Of a stretch of DNA of 64,000 nt, positions 50,435 to 59,275 are shown in pieces (the stretch's first letter is position 1; every line of letters starts with the position of its first letter). The translations under genes and the position numbers were made by a program. The notes beneath the pieces are model-generated. The model worked only from the letters and a program-made list of their open reading frames with translations, had not been told where the DNA came from and made no database searches. Where the stretch lies: the NCBI GenBank assembly GCA_965203055.1, contig OZ241863.1, positions 704,001 to 768,000 of the forward strand, in the 5' to 3' direction. This DNA is from Spirochaetia bacterium. GTDB lineage: Bacteria; Spirochaetota; Spirochaetia; SZUA-6; Bin103.

Positions 50435-50808
50435 AGCACAGAGTCGGCGTGAACCGTCTGGATCGCAAGGCGAGTCATCGCCGGGCGTTGCACCGGAACA
50501 TGGTTACGGCGTTGTTCCGGTACGAGCGGATTCGTACCACCAAGGCCAAGGCGCGGGAGATCACGCGTACTGCGGAGCGTTTGATTACGCGGGCGCGGGT
50601 GGACAACGTGCACAACCGGCGGCAGGCGGCGCGGCGCATCCGGGACAAAGAGGTCCTGCGGAAGCTGTTCGAAGATATTGCGGGACGGTTTGCGGGCCGT
50701 CCCGGCGGCTATACGCGGCGCACCAAACTGGGTAGACGGTACGGTGACGCGGCGGAGATGGTGCTGCTGGAACTGGTCGTGCTCAAGGACGCTGCTGCCG
50801 GATCGTGA
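50431..50808 (+). CDS. rplQ: 50S ribosomal protein L17
   Basis: MKHR, HR.AL.RNM, I.TT.AKA, RPGGYTR, GDAAEM. Confidence 0.99.
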   Translation: MKHRVGVNRLDRKASHRRALHRNMVTALFRYERIRTTKAKAREITRTAERLITRARVDNVHNRRQAARRIRDKEVLRKLFEDIAGRFAGRPGGYTRRTKLGRRYGDAAEMVLLELVVLKDAAAGS

Positions 50809-50850
50809 CCGGCCGCGCCGCGGGCCGGATTCCCGGGGCGGCGCGCGCAG

Positions 50851-51441
50851 GTGACCGGTTGGCTCGACCGGCGCCTGTCGGCCCGCGCGCTGCTGCTGGG
50901 CTCCGGTATCGCGGCGCCGTCGATGCTGCTTCCGGCGCATCCGGTCGTCCGCTCCCTGCTGTTGCTGCTGCTGATCCTGCTGGTGCTCGGCATGCGCCGG
51001 CGGGTGCGCTGGGGCCGCACGGCGATGTTCTTCGTTGCCGTGGTGGGTTTCAATCTTGCCGCTCCCGGGGGCCGGGTGCTGCTGGAGGCGGGAGGCTTTC
51101 CGGTGACCGAAGGGGCGCTTGGCGCCGGGCTGGCGAAAGCGTTCAGCCTTACCAGTCTGCTGTTGCTGTCGAAACTGGGGATCAGGCGCGATCTGGAGTT
51201 GCCCGGCAGGGTCGGCGGACTGCTGTCTCTCACTCTGGCCTACGTGCGCTATCTGCTCGACGCCGACGTGAAGCTGCTGGCGCGCGACCCCATCGGCCGC
51301 CTCGATGGATTGCTCCTGGAAGCGCAGGCAGGCGTCGGCGCGCTGCCCGCGGCGGCGCCCGGGCGGTCGACCGCGGCCGGTATCGGCATCCTCGCCGCGC
51401 TGGTAGCGCTGCTCTGGACGGCGGCCATTGTCGGCTCGTAG
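50851..51441 (+). CDS. Hypothetical polytopic membrane protein, weakly EcfT/CbiQ-like
   Basis: Four to five hydrophobic segments; P.G.VL...G.F.VT.GAL..GL.K pattern recalls ECF T-like membrane domains (inference). Confidence 0.55.
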   Translation: MTGWLDRRLSARALLLGSGIAAPSMLLPAHPVVRSLLLLLLILLVLGMRRRVRWGRTAMFFVAVVGFNLAAPGGRVLLEAGGFPVTEGALGAGLAKAFSLTSLLLLSKLGIRRDLELPGRVGGLLSLTLAYVRYLLDADVKLLARDPIGRLDGLLLEAQAGVGALPAAAPGRSTAAGIGILAALVALLWTAAIVGS

Positions 51442-52135
51442 GAGCACGGTGGCGGCGTACGAGGCCGCGGCAGTTGCCGAGGCGGTGGCGGCGGCCCGCC
51501 GCAGCGTGGCGCTGGAGGGAGGCGTCTATCGAATCCGCCAGGAACTGTACGGCCCCCCCGCGCGCCGGTCGCTGCGCCGGACGGCGGAGGCGGCGATCAC
51601 CGACGCAAAGCTGCAGCGACTGGCCGCCGCCGGGCGCCGGCAGGAGTGGCGGATTCCGGTTACGGCGCAGGGGTTGCGCTACGATGCGCTGCTTGCGCGG
51701 TATCCCGATTCGGGTGCGCCGGCGGTCCGCGCGCGCGCGTTGGAGGAGCTGCGCCGGACGCTCGGCGCCGGCGGAGCGGCGCAGTTGACGTGGCGGGATG
51801 CCGCCTGCCGCATGACGCTCGCAGTCGGCTCCCTGGCGCCCCTCGCCGGTGCCTACGGGCTGGCTCCGGGCAGCGCCCTCTACGACCACTGCCTGGCGCC
51901 GCGGCGCTACCTGGTGGTGGATGCCGAGACCTCGGGCCGGGCGTGGCAGCGGTACGCCGCCGGCCTGGAGACGGCGCTGGCGGGCGGCGGCGGGCGGCTC
52001 GCGCTGCTGCCGGCCGTCATCGACGCGGCGCCGGCGTACCTGCTGTTCGCCGGCGCCGCGCCGGCCAACGATCGCCCGCCCGCCGGCGGCTGGGATCTGA
52101 CCACCCTCATCACCCGGCTCAACCTGCATCCGTGA
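51428..52135 (+). CDS. Hypothetical protein
   Basis: Co-oriented ORF filling the gap before the rny promoter with the most protein-like composition of the frames. No family recognised; start uncertain. Confidence 0.55.
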   Translation: MSARRSTVAAYEAAAVAEAVAAARRSVALEGGVYRIRQELYGPPARRSLRRTAEAAITDAKLQRLAAAGRRQEWRIPVTAQGLRYDALLARYPDSGAPAVRARALEELRRTLGAGGAAQLTWRDAACRMTLAVGSLAPLAGAYGLAPGSALYDHCLAPRRYLVVDAETSGRAWQRYAAGLETALAGGGGRLALLPAVIDAAPAYLLFAGAAPANDRPPAGGWDLTTLITRLNLHP

Positions 52136-52179
52136 CGGCCCGCGCGGCGGGCCGGCGGCGCGCCGCGGCGGGGTTCAGC

Positions 52180-52209
52180 TTGACACCGGTCCAGGGGCAA
52201 CAGTACGTT
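52180..52209 (+). promoter_or_regulatory. Sigma70-type promoter for rny
   Basis: TTGACA-18 nt-TACGTT, followed by an AT-rich leader and GGAGG SD. Confidence 0.65.
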
Positions 52210-52243
52210 GGTGAATGCTCAATTAACTTGATGGAGGAAGGAT

Positions 52244-53776
52244 ATGCAAGCCGTGCTACGGGTTGTGCTTCCTCTCGTTGCTGGAATTGGACTAGGGTGG
52301 CTCATCCGCTGGCTGTACGCCAGGCTGGAGTTGGCGTCTTCCGAACAGAAGGCGCGACGGATCATAAAGGACGCCACGCAAGACGCAGAAGCCAAGAAGC
52401 GCGAGGCGCTCTTGGAGGCCAAAGATGAGATACTGCAGGAACGGAATCAACTGGAACGGGATACGCGGACACGCCGGACCGAGGTCCAGCGTCTCGAACA
52501 ACGGTTGTTGCGCAAGGAAGAGAACCTAGAGAAGCGACGGGAGGCGGTTGAGCGCCAGGAACAGTCATTTATCGCTCGTGAGGAAGCTCTGGCGGCGCGC
52601 GAGGTCGACGTCAGCCGCGCGCACGAGGAGTGGACCGCGAAGCTGGAACGGGTTTCGCAACTGAGCAGGGAGGATGCCAAGAAGATCCTCGTCGGCAGCA
52701 TCGAGGACGAAGCGCGTCTGGAAGCGCAGGCGCTGGTCCTCAATGTCGAGAACGAGGCACGACAGACCGCGGAACGCAAGGCGCGCGCGGTGGTGGTGAC
52801 CACCATGCAACGGCTGGCTTCGGAAACCACCTCCGAAGTAAGCGTCGCGTCGGTGAATCTGCCCAGCGACGACATGAAGGGACGGATCATCGGCCGTGAA
52901 GGGCGCAACATCCGTACCCTGGAGAACCTCACCGGCGTGGATATCATCATCGACGATACCCCGGAGGCGGTGGTGCTCTCCTGCTTCGACCCGTTGCGCA
53001 AGGAGACCGCGCGTCTCGCCCTGGAGCGGCTGATCGCGGATGGACGGATCCATCCGGCGCGGATCGAAGAGATCGTGCGCAAGGTGCACCGCGATCTGGA
53101 GAAGTCGATCGAAGAGGACGCCGAGCGGGTGCTGCTCGAGTTGGAGATCCCCAGCATGCACCATGACTTGGTGATGACGTTGGGCCGCCTCAGGTACCGC
53201 ACCAGCTACGGTCAGAATCAGCTCGCGCACGCGCGGGAAACTGCGCTTCTGGGGGCGATGATCGCGGCCGAGACCGGCAGCAACATCCAGTTCAGCAAGC
53301 GCGCGTCGCTGCTGCACGACATCGGCAAGGCGATCGATGCCGACGAAGACCTCGGACACGCGGTTACCGGGATGGAGCTGGCGCGCCGTTGCGGCGAGGA
53401 CGAGATCGTGTGCAACGCGATCGGCGCCCACCACTACGACGTCGAGCCGCAGGGGGTCGAGGCGATCATCGTCCAGATCGCCGACACCATATCGGCATCG
53501 CGGCCCGGCGCGCGGCGCGAGTCGCTGGACAACTACCTCAAGCGCCTGGAGAACCTGGAGCGAATCGCCGACAGCTACCCGGGAGTGGAGCGCACCTACG
53601 CCATTCAGGCCGGCCGCGAGCTGCGGGTCATGGTGAGCAACGACCGGGTGTCGGATGACGGAGCGCGCGAACTGGGCCGGCAGATCGCCAAGCAGATCGA
53701 GGCCGAGTTGAAGTATCCGGGCCGCATCAAGGTTACCGTGATCCGCGAGACGCGGGTAGTGGAATATGCGCGCTGA
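52244..53776 (+). CDS. rny: Ribonuclease Y
   Basis: N-terminal TM, coiled coil, KH motif KGRIIGREGRNIR, RTSYGQN...H, LLHDIGK HD domain, AIQAGRE. Confidence 0.98.
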   Translation: MQAVLRVVLPLVAGIGLGWLIRWLYARLELASSEQKARRIIKDATQDAEAKKREALLEAKDEILQERNQLERDTRTRRTEVQRLEQRLLRKEENLEKRREAVERQEQSFIAREEALAAREVDVSRAHEEWTAKLERVSQLSREDAKKILVGSIEDEARLEAQALVLNVENEARQTAERKARAVVVTTMQRLASETTSEVSVASVNLPSDDMKGRIIGREGRNIRTLENLTGVDIIIDDTPEAVVLSCFDPLRKETARLALERLIADGRIHPARIEEIVRKVHRDLEKSIEEDAERVLLELEIPSMHHDLVMTLGRLRYRTSYGQNQLAHARETALLGAMIAAETGSNIQFSKRASLLHDIGKAIDADEDLGHAVTGMELARRCGEDEIVCNAIGAHHYDVEPQGVEAIIVQIADTISASRPGARRESLDNYLKRLENLERIADSYPGVERTYAIQAGRELRVMVSNDRVSDDGARELGRQIAKQIEAELKYPGRIKVTVIRETRVVEYAR

Positions 53777-53809
53777 CCCGCGCCCCGCGCCGGGCGCGGG
53801 CGTCTGAAC

Positions 53810-54643
53810 TTGGAGCAGTACCTCAGGGCGGGCTCCGGGCCGCCCCCGGCGCCGGAGCCGTTGCGGATCCTCCTGATCGGCGACGTGGTCGGCCCGTCCG
53901 GCATGCGGGCGTTGTTTCTGCATCTCGCCCGGATCAGAAAGCGGCGGCGTTGCGACCTGGTCATTGCCAACGTCGAGAACGCCGCCGCGGGATTTGGCTT
54001 GACCCTTGCCCAGGCGGACGAACTGGCCGGATACGGCATCGACGTGATGACCTCCGGGAACCATATCTGGCAGCAGCATGAGATCTGGCGGCGGCTGGAG
54101 TCGGATACCCGCCTGCTGCGGCCGCACAACTATCCGCCGGGGGTACCCGGCACCGGGGTGTGTCTGTGCGAGGCGGGCGGCGTCACGGTCGGCGTGTTGA
54201 ATCTGGAGGGGCGCGCCGGCATGGGCAACCTGCGCTGTCCGCTGCAGGTCGCGCAGGCGGAGGTGGCCAAGTTGCGGAAGGTCACGCCGCTGGTGGTGGT
54301 GGACATGCACGCCGAGAGCCTCGAAGAGAAGGAGGCCTTGGCGCTGCTGCTCGACGGCACCGTGTCGGCGGTGGTGGGTACCCACACCCACGTGCAGACC
54401 GCCGACGAACGCATTCTTCCGGGCGGCACCGCCTACCTGACCGATCTCGGCATGACCGGGCCGCGCGGCAGCGTGATCGGCATGAAGGCCGAGGTGGTGC
54501 TGCGCCGTTCCCTGACGCAGATGCCCCTGAAGCTGGAGGTGGACGAAGGCCCGGCCGACATCTGCGGCGCCCTGCTGACGGTGGACCGCGCCAGCGGCAA
54601 GGCTACCGCCATCGAACGGGTGCATGAGCGCTCCGAGCTGTAG
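53810..54643 (+). CDS. ymdB: YmdB/TIGR00282 metallophosphoesterase
   Basis: GDVVG, N.EN.A.G.G, TSGNH, DMHAE...EK, GTHTHVQTADE, TD.GMTGP. Confidence 0.95.
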   Translation: MEQYLRAGSGPPPAPEPLRILLIGDVVGPSGMRALFLHLARIRKRRRCDLVIANVENAAAGFGLTLAQADELAGYGIDVMTSGNHIWQQHEIWRRLESDTRLLRPHNYPPGVPGTGVCLCEAGGVTVGVLNLEGRAGMGNLRCPLQVAQAEVAKLRKVTPLVVVDMHAESLEEKEALALLLDGTVSAVVGTHTHVQTADERILPGGTAYLTDLGMTGPRGSVIGMKAEVVLRRSLTQMPLKLEVDEGPADICGALLTVDRASGKATAIERVHERSEL

Positions 54644-55535
54644 TCGGCGCCGGCGCGCGCCGCGCGGCGCGCGCCATACCCTCCTCGACCGCCTGTGCGA
54701 GCTGTACCCTGAGCATGGCCGCAAGCATTGGTACGCCGCGGTGGCCTGCGGCGAGGTGCTGGTGGACGGCGAGCGGGTGCGGGATCCGCAGCGTCCGATT
54801 GCGCCGGCGGCAGCCGTCGGCCCGGTTGCGGAGCCGCCGCTGGCCTCCCGCGCCGGCTACAAGCTGCGCCACGCCCTGACCCGGTTCGGGGCGGAGGTGG
54901 CGGGCAAGGTGATGCTCGACGCCGGAGCCGCCGCCGGAGGCTTCACCGACTGTCTGCTGCGCCATGGGGCGCGTCACGTGCATTGCGTCGACGTGGCGCA
55001 CGGAGCGTTGGCCTATCGGCTGCGCCGGGATCGGCGTACCAGCGTCCACGAACGCACCAACGTGATGCACCTCGCCGGCGGCAGCCTGCAGCCGCCGCCC
55101 GACGGTGCGGTGTGCGATCTTTCGTTCCGTTCGCTGCGCGGGGCCGCGGCGCGCCTGCTGGGACTGACCCGCGAGAACTGGCTGATCGCCTTGATCAAGC
55201 CCCAGTTCGAGTTGGCGCCGCAGGCGGAGCAGGGAGGCCGGGCGCGGTTCGACGGCCGGGTAGTCGGGGCGGACGCCATCGCCGCCGCGGTGGCGGCATT
55301 GCTGCGCGACCTGGCGGCCGAAGGGGTCGCGGTGCGGCGCTGCGCTCCGGCGCCGGTGCGCGGCCGGCGCGGCAACCGCGAGGTGCTGGCGTTACTGGCC
55401 GGCGGGGGCGCCGCGCCGGGCGCGGCGTGGCCGGCCGCGGTCGCGGCGCTGCGCCGGGAACTGCGGCAGGTTGCCGACTACGGCGCCGGCGGGCCGGCAG
55501 CGACGGCGGCGCGGCTGAGCGGGTCTCCGATGTAG
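54624..55535 (+). CDS. tlyA: TlyA-family rRNA 2'-O-methyltransferase
   Basis: S4-like N-terminus, SRAGYKL, LD.GA..GGFTDCLL..GA, ERTN, DLSF.SL, LIKPQFE, GN.E. Confidence 0.93.
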   Translation: MSAPSCSRRRRAPRGARHTLLDRLCELYPEHGRKHWYAAVACGEVLVDGERVRDPQRPIAPAAAVGPVAEPPLASRAGYKLRHALTRFGAEVAGKVMLDAGAAAGGFTDCLLRHGARHVHCVDVAHGALAYRLRRDRRTSVHERTNVMHLAGGSLQPPPDGAVCDLSFRSLRGAAARLLGLTRENWLIALIKPQFELAPQAEQGGRARFDGRVVGADAIAAAVAALLRDLAAEGVAVRRCAPAPVRGRRGNREVLALLAGGGAAPGAAWPAAVAALRRELRQVADYGAGGPAATAARLSGSPM

Positions 55536-56314
55536 GCCCCCTCGGGGCCGAGGAAGTCGACGCGGCGCCCGTCGATGAGGATCTGCACCAGCTCCACGCC
55601 GGGGAATTCGGTGGCCGAGAACACGAGCTGCTGGAGTTGCGCGGCGCTGCCCTCGCGGCCGAGAGGATTGAAGCGGAAGCTCTCGCTGACGTCGACGTAG
55701 GCGATCCGTTCGTCCACGTAGACCCGATGCAAGGTCACGGCCGGAGGGATCATCGTGATCAGGCCCTGGTCCAGTTCGCTCGGGTCGGGGCCGGCAAAGA
55801 GAGTCCTCAAGGTTTCGGTCAGGGGCGACGAGGAAGCGTCGATGATGCGGGTCACGCCGGTGATCTTGATTGCGCCGGCGTCATTCACCGCGGCGAAGAA
55901 CAGCCGCCGCTGCCTGGCGTCGGGCGCGCGCCGCGCGGGCGCGTCCGGCGCTGCCGGCGCGCTTGGCGGCGCCGGGTCGGCCGCGGGCCGCGGCGGGGCC
56001 GCTACCTGCGGCGCGGGGGCGCGCCGGGTGGTGGCCGGCGCCCCGGTAGCGCTCACTGCCGGAGGCGCCGGAGGCGCCGGCGCCTCCGGCGTCTGCGGGG
56101 CGCGTCCCACCGCGTGGTCGACGCTGCGCTGCAGGATCGCCGGCAACTCGGTGCGGTCGATCACCGCGTGCATGCCGGCGCGGTTGAAGAGGAACACCAC
56201 CAGGATGAACAGGATCAGGGTGGTCCAGATCATGACGCCGAGCGGCGCCTTCCGTTGGGAAGCGGTGCGACGGGCAGGGCCGCGGGCGTTCTTGCGGGTC
56301 TTCTTGCGCGCCAT
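55478..56314 (-). CDS. GerMN-domain membrane-anchored protein
   Basis: Basic N-terminus, single TM, Pro/Ala linker, L..L..GP...E...GL.T.IP, AYVD.S..F, Q.V..ATEFP.V..VQILIDG. Confidence 0.88.
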   Translation of the reverse strand: MARKKTRKNARGPARRTASQRKAPLGVMIWTTLILFILVVFLFNRAGMHAVIDRTELPAILQRSVDHAVGRAPQTPEAPAPPAPPAVSATGAPATTRRAPAPQVAAPPRPAADPAPPSAPAAPDAPARRAPDARQRRLFFAAVNDAGAIKITGVTRIIDASSSPLTETLRTLFAGPDPSELDQGLITMIPPAVTLHRVYVDERIAYVDVSESFRFNPLGREGSAAQLQQLVFSATEFPGVELVQILIDGRRVDFLGPEGAYIGDPLSRAAVAAGPPAP

Positions 56315-56413
56315 TCCGACATCTTCATAGATCGGCATTGCGGCATCCGGCGTTGAACGAGCGCCACGCCGTTGACCTGCCGGCGGCGTGTGTGATGGGC
56401 TGCAGGCAGCACT

Positions 56414-57751
56414 ATGTCAGCTACCCAGCCGCGCCCGCTGGTGGTCATCCTGGGCCGCCCGAACGTGGGAAAATCGACCCTCTTCAACCGCTTGCTGGCG
56501 CGCCGTCGAGCCATTACCGCCGCTGCCCCGGGGGTGACCCGCGACGTGGTGGAGGAGCATGCGGCGCTCGGCGGGATTGCGGCGCGGCTGGTAGACACCG
56601 GCGGTATCGCAGCCGCGCCCGACCGCCTCGGGCGCACGGTGGGGGAGCGCGCCGCGGAGGCTGCGCAGAGCGCGGCCGCGGTGCTGCTGGTGGTGGATGC
56701 CGGCGGCCTGACGCCCGAGGATGAGCAGCTTGCGGAGCGGTTGCGGGCGCTGAGCGACCGGGTGATCCTGGTAGTGAACAAGGTGGACCACGCCGCGCGG
56801 GACCCCGCGGTGTGGGATTGCTACCGGCTGGGCTACCAGCCGGTAGTCGGCGTGTCGGCCGCGCACGGGCGCAACATGGCCAATCTTCACGCGGCGCTGG
56901 CGGACCTCCTGCGCCGGTATCGGGGCGAGCCGGCGCCGCCCGCGGCTTCCCCGGCGCTGCGCCTGGCGCTTGCCGGCAAGCCCAACACGGGCAAGTCCAC
57001 GCTGCTCAATCGACTGCTCGGCGAGGAGCGGGCCCTGGTCGACGCCGCGCCCGGCACCACCCGCGATCCGCTGGCCGGGCGCATCACCCATGCCGGCGCC
57101 GCGCTCGAAGTGATCGACACCGCGGGGATGCGGCGCCGTTCCAAGGTAGCCAGCGACGTGGAGTACTATGCGGTAAACCGCACGGCCGCGCTGCTGGGGC
57201 AGGTGGACGTCGCCGTGCTGCTGGTGGATGCGAGCACCGGTCTGGCGGAGCAGGACAAGCGCATCGCCGCAGTTGCGATCCGCCGCGGCGTGGCGGTGCT
57301 GGTGGCGCTGGGCAAGTGGGACTTGCTGGCCGAGCAGCCGAACCTCCTGCAGGCGATGATCGATCGGATCCGGTTCCAGTTTCCGGTCATGCGCTTTGCC
57401 CCGGTGCTGCCGGTGTCGGGCCGCACCGGGTACGGCGTGCAACCGCTGCTCACCAAAGTGGTGGCGCTGCAGCGCCAGCTCCGGCGCACCGTGCCCACGG
57501 CGAAGCTCAACCAGGCGCTGGCGCGCTGGGCTCAGGAGTACGTGCCGACGGTGCGCGGGCGCGAGGTCCGCGTGCGCTACGCAACCCAGACCGGCAGCAA
57601 TCCGGTACGCTTCGTGTGCTTTCTCAACCAGATACGGGGGGTAGGCGCAAGCTATCGTCGATTTCTGGAGAACCGCATTCGCAGCGAGTTCGGTTTCCCC
57701 GAGGTGCCGCTGAGCGTGGAACTGCGCCCCAGTTCCGGGCGGGCGCGGTGA
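56414..57751 (+). CDS. der: Ribosome biogenesis GTPase Der (EngA)
   Basis: Two G domains (GRPNVGKSTLFN/DTGG/NKVD and GKPNTGKSTL/DTAG/GKWD) plus KH-like tail Y.RFLENRIR..FGF..VP. Confidence 0.97.
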   Translation: MSATQPRPLVVILGRPNVGKSTLFNRLLARRRAITAAAPGVTRDVVEEHAALGGIAARLVDTGGIAAAPDRLGRTVGERAAEAAQSAAAVLLVVDAGGLTPEDEQLAERLRALSDRVILVVNKVDHAARDPAVWDCYRLGYQPVVGVSAAHGRNMANLHAALADLLRRYRGEPAPPAASPALRLALAGKPNTGKSTLLNRLLGEERALVDAAPGTTRDPLAGRITHAGAALEVIDTAGMRRRSKVASDVEYYAVNRTAALLGQVDVAVLLVDASTGLAEQDKRIAAVAIRRGVAVLVALGKWDLLAEQPNLLQAMIDRIRFQFPVMRFAPVLPVSGRTGYGVQPLLTKVVALQRQLRRTVPTAKLNQALARWAQEYVPTVRGREVRVRYATQTGSNPVRFVCFLNQIRGVGASYRRFLENRIRSEFGFPEVPLSVELRPSSGRAR

Positions 57752-59157
57752 GCGGTCCCGTTGCCGCGCTGCGCGCCACCCTCGAGCAGCACGGCCAGGG
57801 CCATCTGTTCGCCGGCTGGGAGCAGCGTTCGCCGGCCCGGCGGCAGCGTCTGATCGAGTCGCTGGCCGAGCTGGACGTGGCGCGCGTGCGGCGCCTGCAG
57901 GAGCTGCTGCGGCAGGGAACGGGCGCTGCCGCGACCGGCCGCGCCGCGCCCGCGGAGCTGGAGCCGGCCCCGGTGCAGGTTCCGTCCGCGGCGGCCGCGC
58001 GGCGCCTGGCCGCGCGCGGCCGGGAGCAGCTCGCGCGCGGTTCCTGCGCCTTGCTTACCGTTGCCGGCGGCCAGGGCACGCGCCTCGGATTCGACGCCCC
58101 CAAGGGATTGTTCCCGGTCACCCCGATTCGCCGCGCAACGCTGTTCCAGGTGTTCGCGGAGCAGCTGCTGGCGGCGCGCGCGGCCAGCGGCGCCGCCATT
58201 CCCTGGTTCATCATGACCAGTCCGCTCAATCACGCCGCCACCGCGCGGTACTTCGCGGAGCAGCGTTACTTTGGACTGCCGGAAGCTGAGGTGCGGCTGT
58301 TCCCGCAGGGGGCCAATCCGGTGCTCTCCGCCGCCGGCGACCTGCTGCTCGCTCCCGCCGGCGGGCTGCTGCTGAGCCCGGACGGCGCCGGCGGCGTGCT
58401 CGCCGCATTGCAGCGCGCCGGGTTGATCGATGAGGCGCGCCGCCGCGGCGTCGCCCATCTGTTCTACTTCCAGGTGGACAACCCGCTGGTGACGGCGCCC
58501 GACGCCGCCTTCCTCGGCGCCCACCTGGAGGCCGGTTCCCGGTTTTCCACCAAGGTGGTAGCCAAGCTCCACGCCGGCGAGCGAGTGGGCGTGGCGGCGT
58601 TGGCGGGGGGGCGGCCGAGCATCGTGGAGTACTCGGACATCGATCCGGCGCTGGCCGCCCAACGCACCCCGCAGGGCGAGCTGCGATTCCGTTACGGGTC
58701 GATCGCCATTCACCTCATCGACGTGGAGTTCGCCGCGGCCCAGGCCGCCGCCCTGCCGATTCATCTGGCGCGCAAGAAGCAGCCGGTCCTGCTCCCGCAG
58801 GCCGCGCCCGGCGCGGCCGCGGCGGAGCTTGAGGTGGTCAAGTTCGAGCAGTTCGTATTCGACGTCATACCGCGCGCCGAACGCGCCCTGTTCTATGCCG
58901 TCGAACGGGCCGAGGAGTTCGCGCCGCTGAAGAACCGCCGCGGCGCCGATTCGATCGCCACCTGCAGGGCCGGGCAGATTGCGCGCGCCCGCCGCTGGCT
59001 GCAGCGCTGCGGCGTGGAAGTCGCCGAGCGCGCCCGCGACGGGACGCCGCTGGCGGTGGAGATCACTGCGCGGTACGCCCCCGACGTAACGACCCTGCAG
59101 CAATGCCTCCCGGCTGCCGTTACTAGGATCGACGACCACACCCTGCTGGACCGCTGA
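57748..59157 (+). CDS. UDPGP type-1 family UDP-sugar pyrophosphorylase (UDP-GlcNAc pyrophosphorylase-like)
   Basis: AGGQGTRLG...PKG, IMTS, F.Q, PDG.GG, QVDN, VEYS, KFEQFVFD, EEFAPLKN; GTGA overlap with der. Confidence 0.9.
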   Translation: MSGPVAALRATLEQHGQGHLFAGWEQRSPARRQRLIESLAELDVARVRRLQELLRQGTGAAATGRAAPAELEPAPVQVPSAAAARRLAARGREQLARGSCALLTVAGGQGTRLGFDAPKGLFPVTPIRRATLFQVFAEQLLAARAASGAAIPWFIMTSPLNHAATARYFAEQRYFGLPEAEVRLFPQGANPVLSAAGDLLLAPAGGLLLSPDGAGGVLAALQRAGLIDEARRRGVAHLFYFQVDNPLVTAPDAAFLGAHLEAGSRFSTKVVAKLHAGERVGVAALAGGRPSIVEYSDIDPALAAQRTPQGELRFRYGSIAIHLIDVEFAAAQAAALPIHLARKKQPVLLPQAAPGAAAAELEVVKFEQFVFDVIPRAERALFYAVERAEEFAPLKNRRGADSIATCRAGQIARARRWLQRCGVEVAERARDGTPLAVEITARYAPDVTTLQQCLPAAVTRIDDHTLLDR

Positions 59158-59275
59158 GCCACGCCCCCGACGGGAGCGGCTCAGGCGGGCGCCCGTCAGG
59201 GGTGGATTACTGGGGAGGGCAAGTCTGCGTTCGCGTGCCGCGCTCCGCGTTACCGCGCCCGCAGCGACTACTATC

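Noticed and set aside
52136..52243. Possible 6S RNA upstream of rny
   Set aside because: The spacer is only 108 nt and is accounted for by a promoter and SD; no long bulged hairpin.
59158..59275. Possible SRP RNA or tRNA in the spacer
   Set aside because: No SRP helix-8 motif (CAGG..GGAA..AGCAG) and no cloverleaf on either strand.
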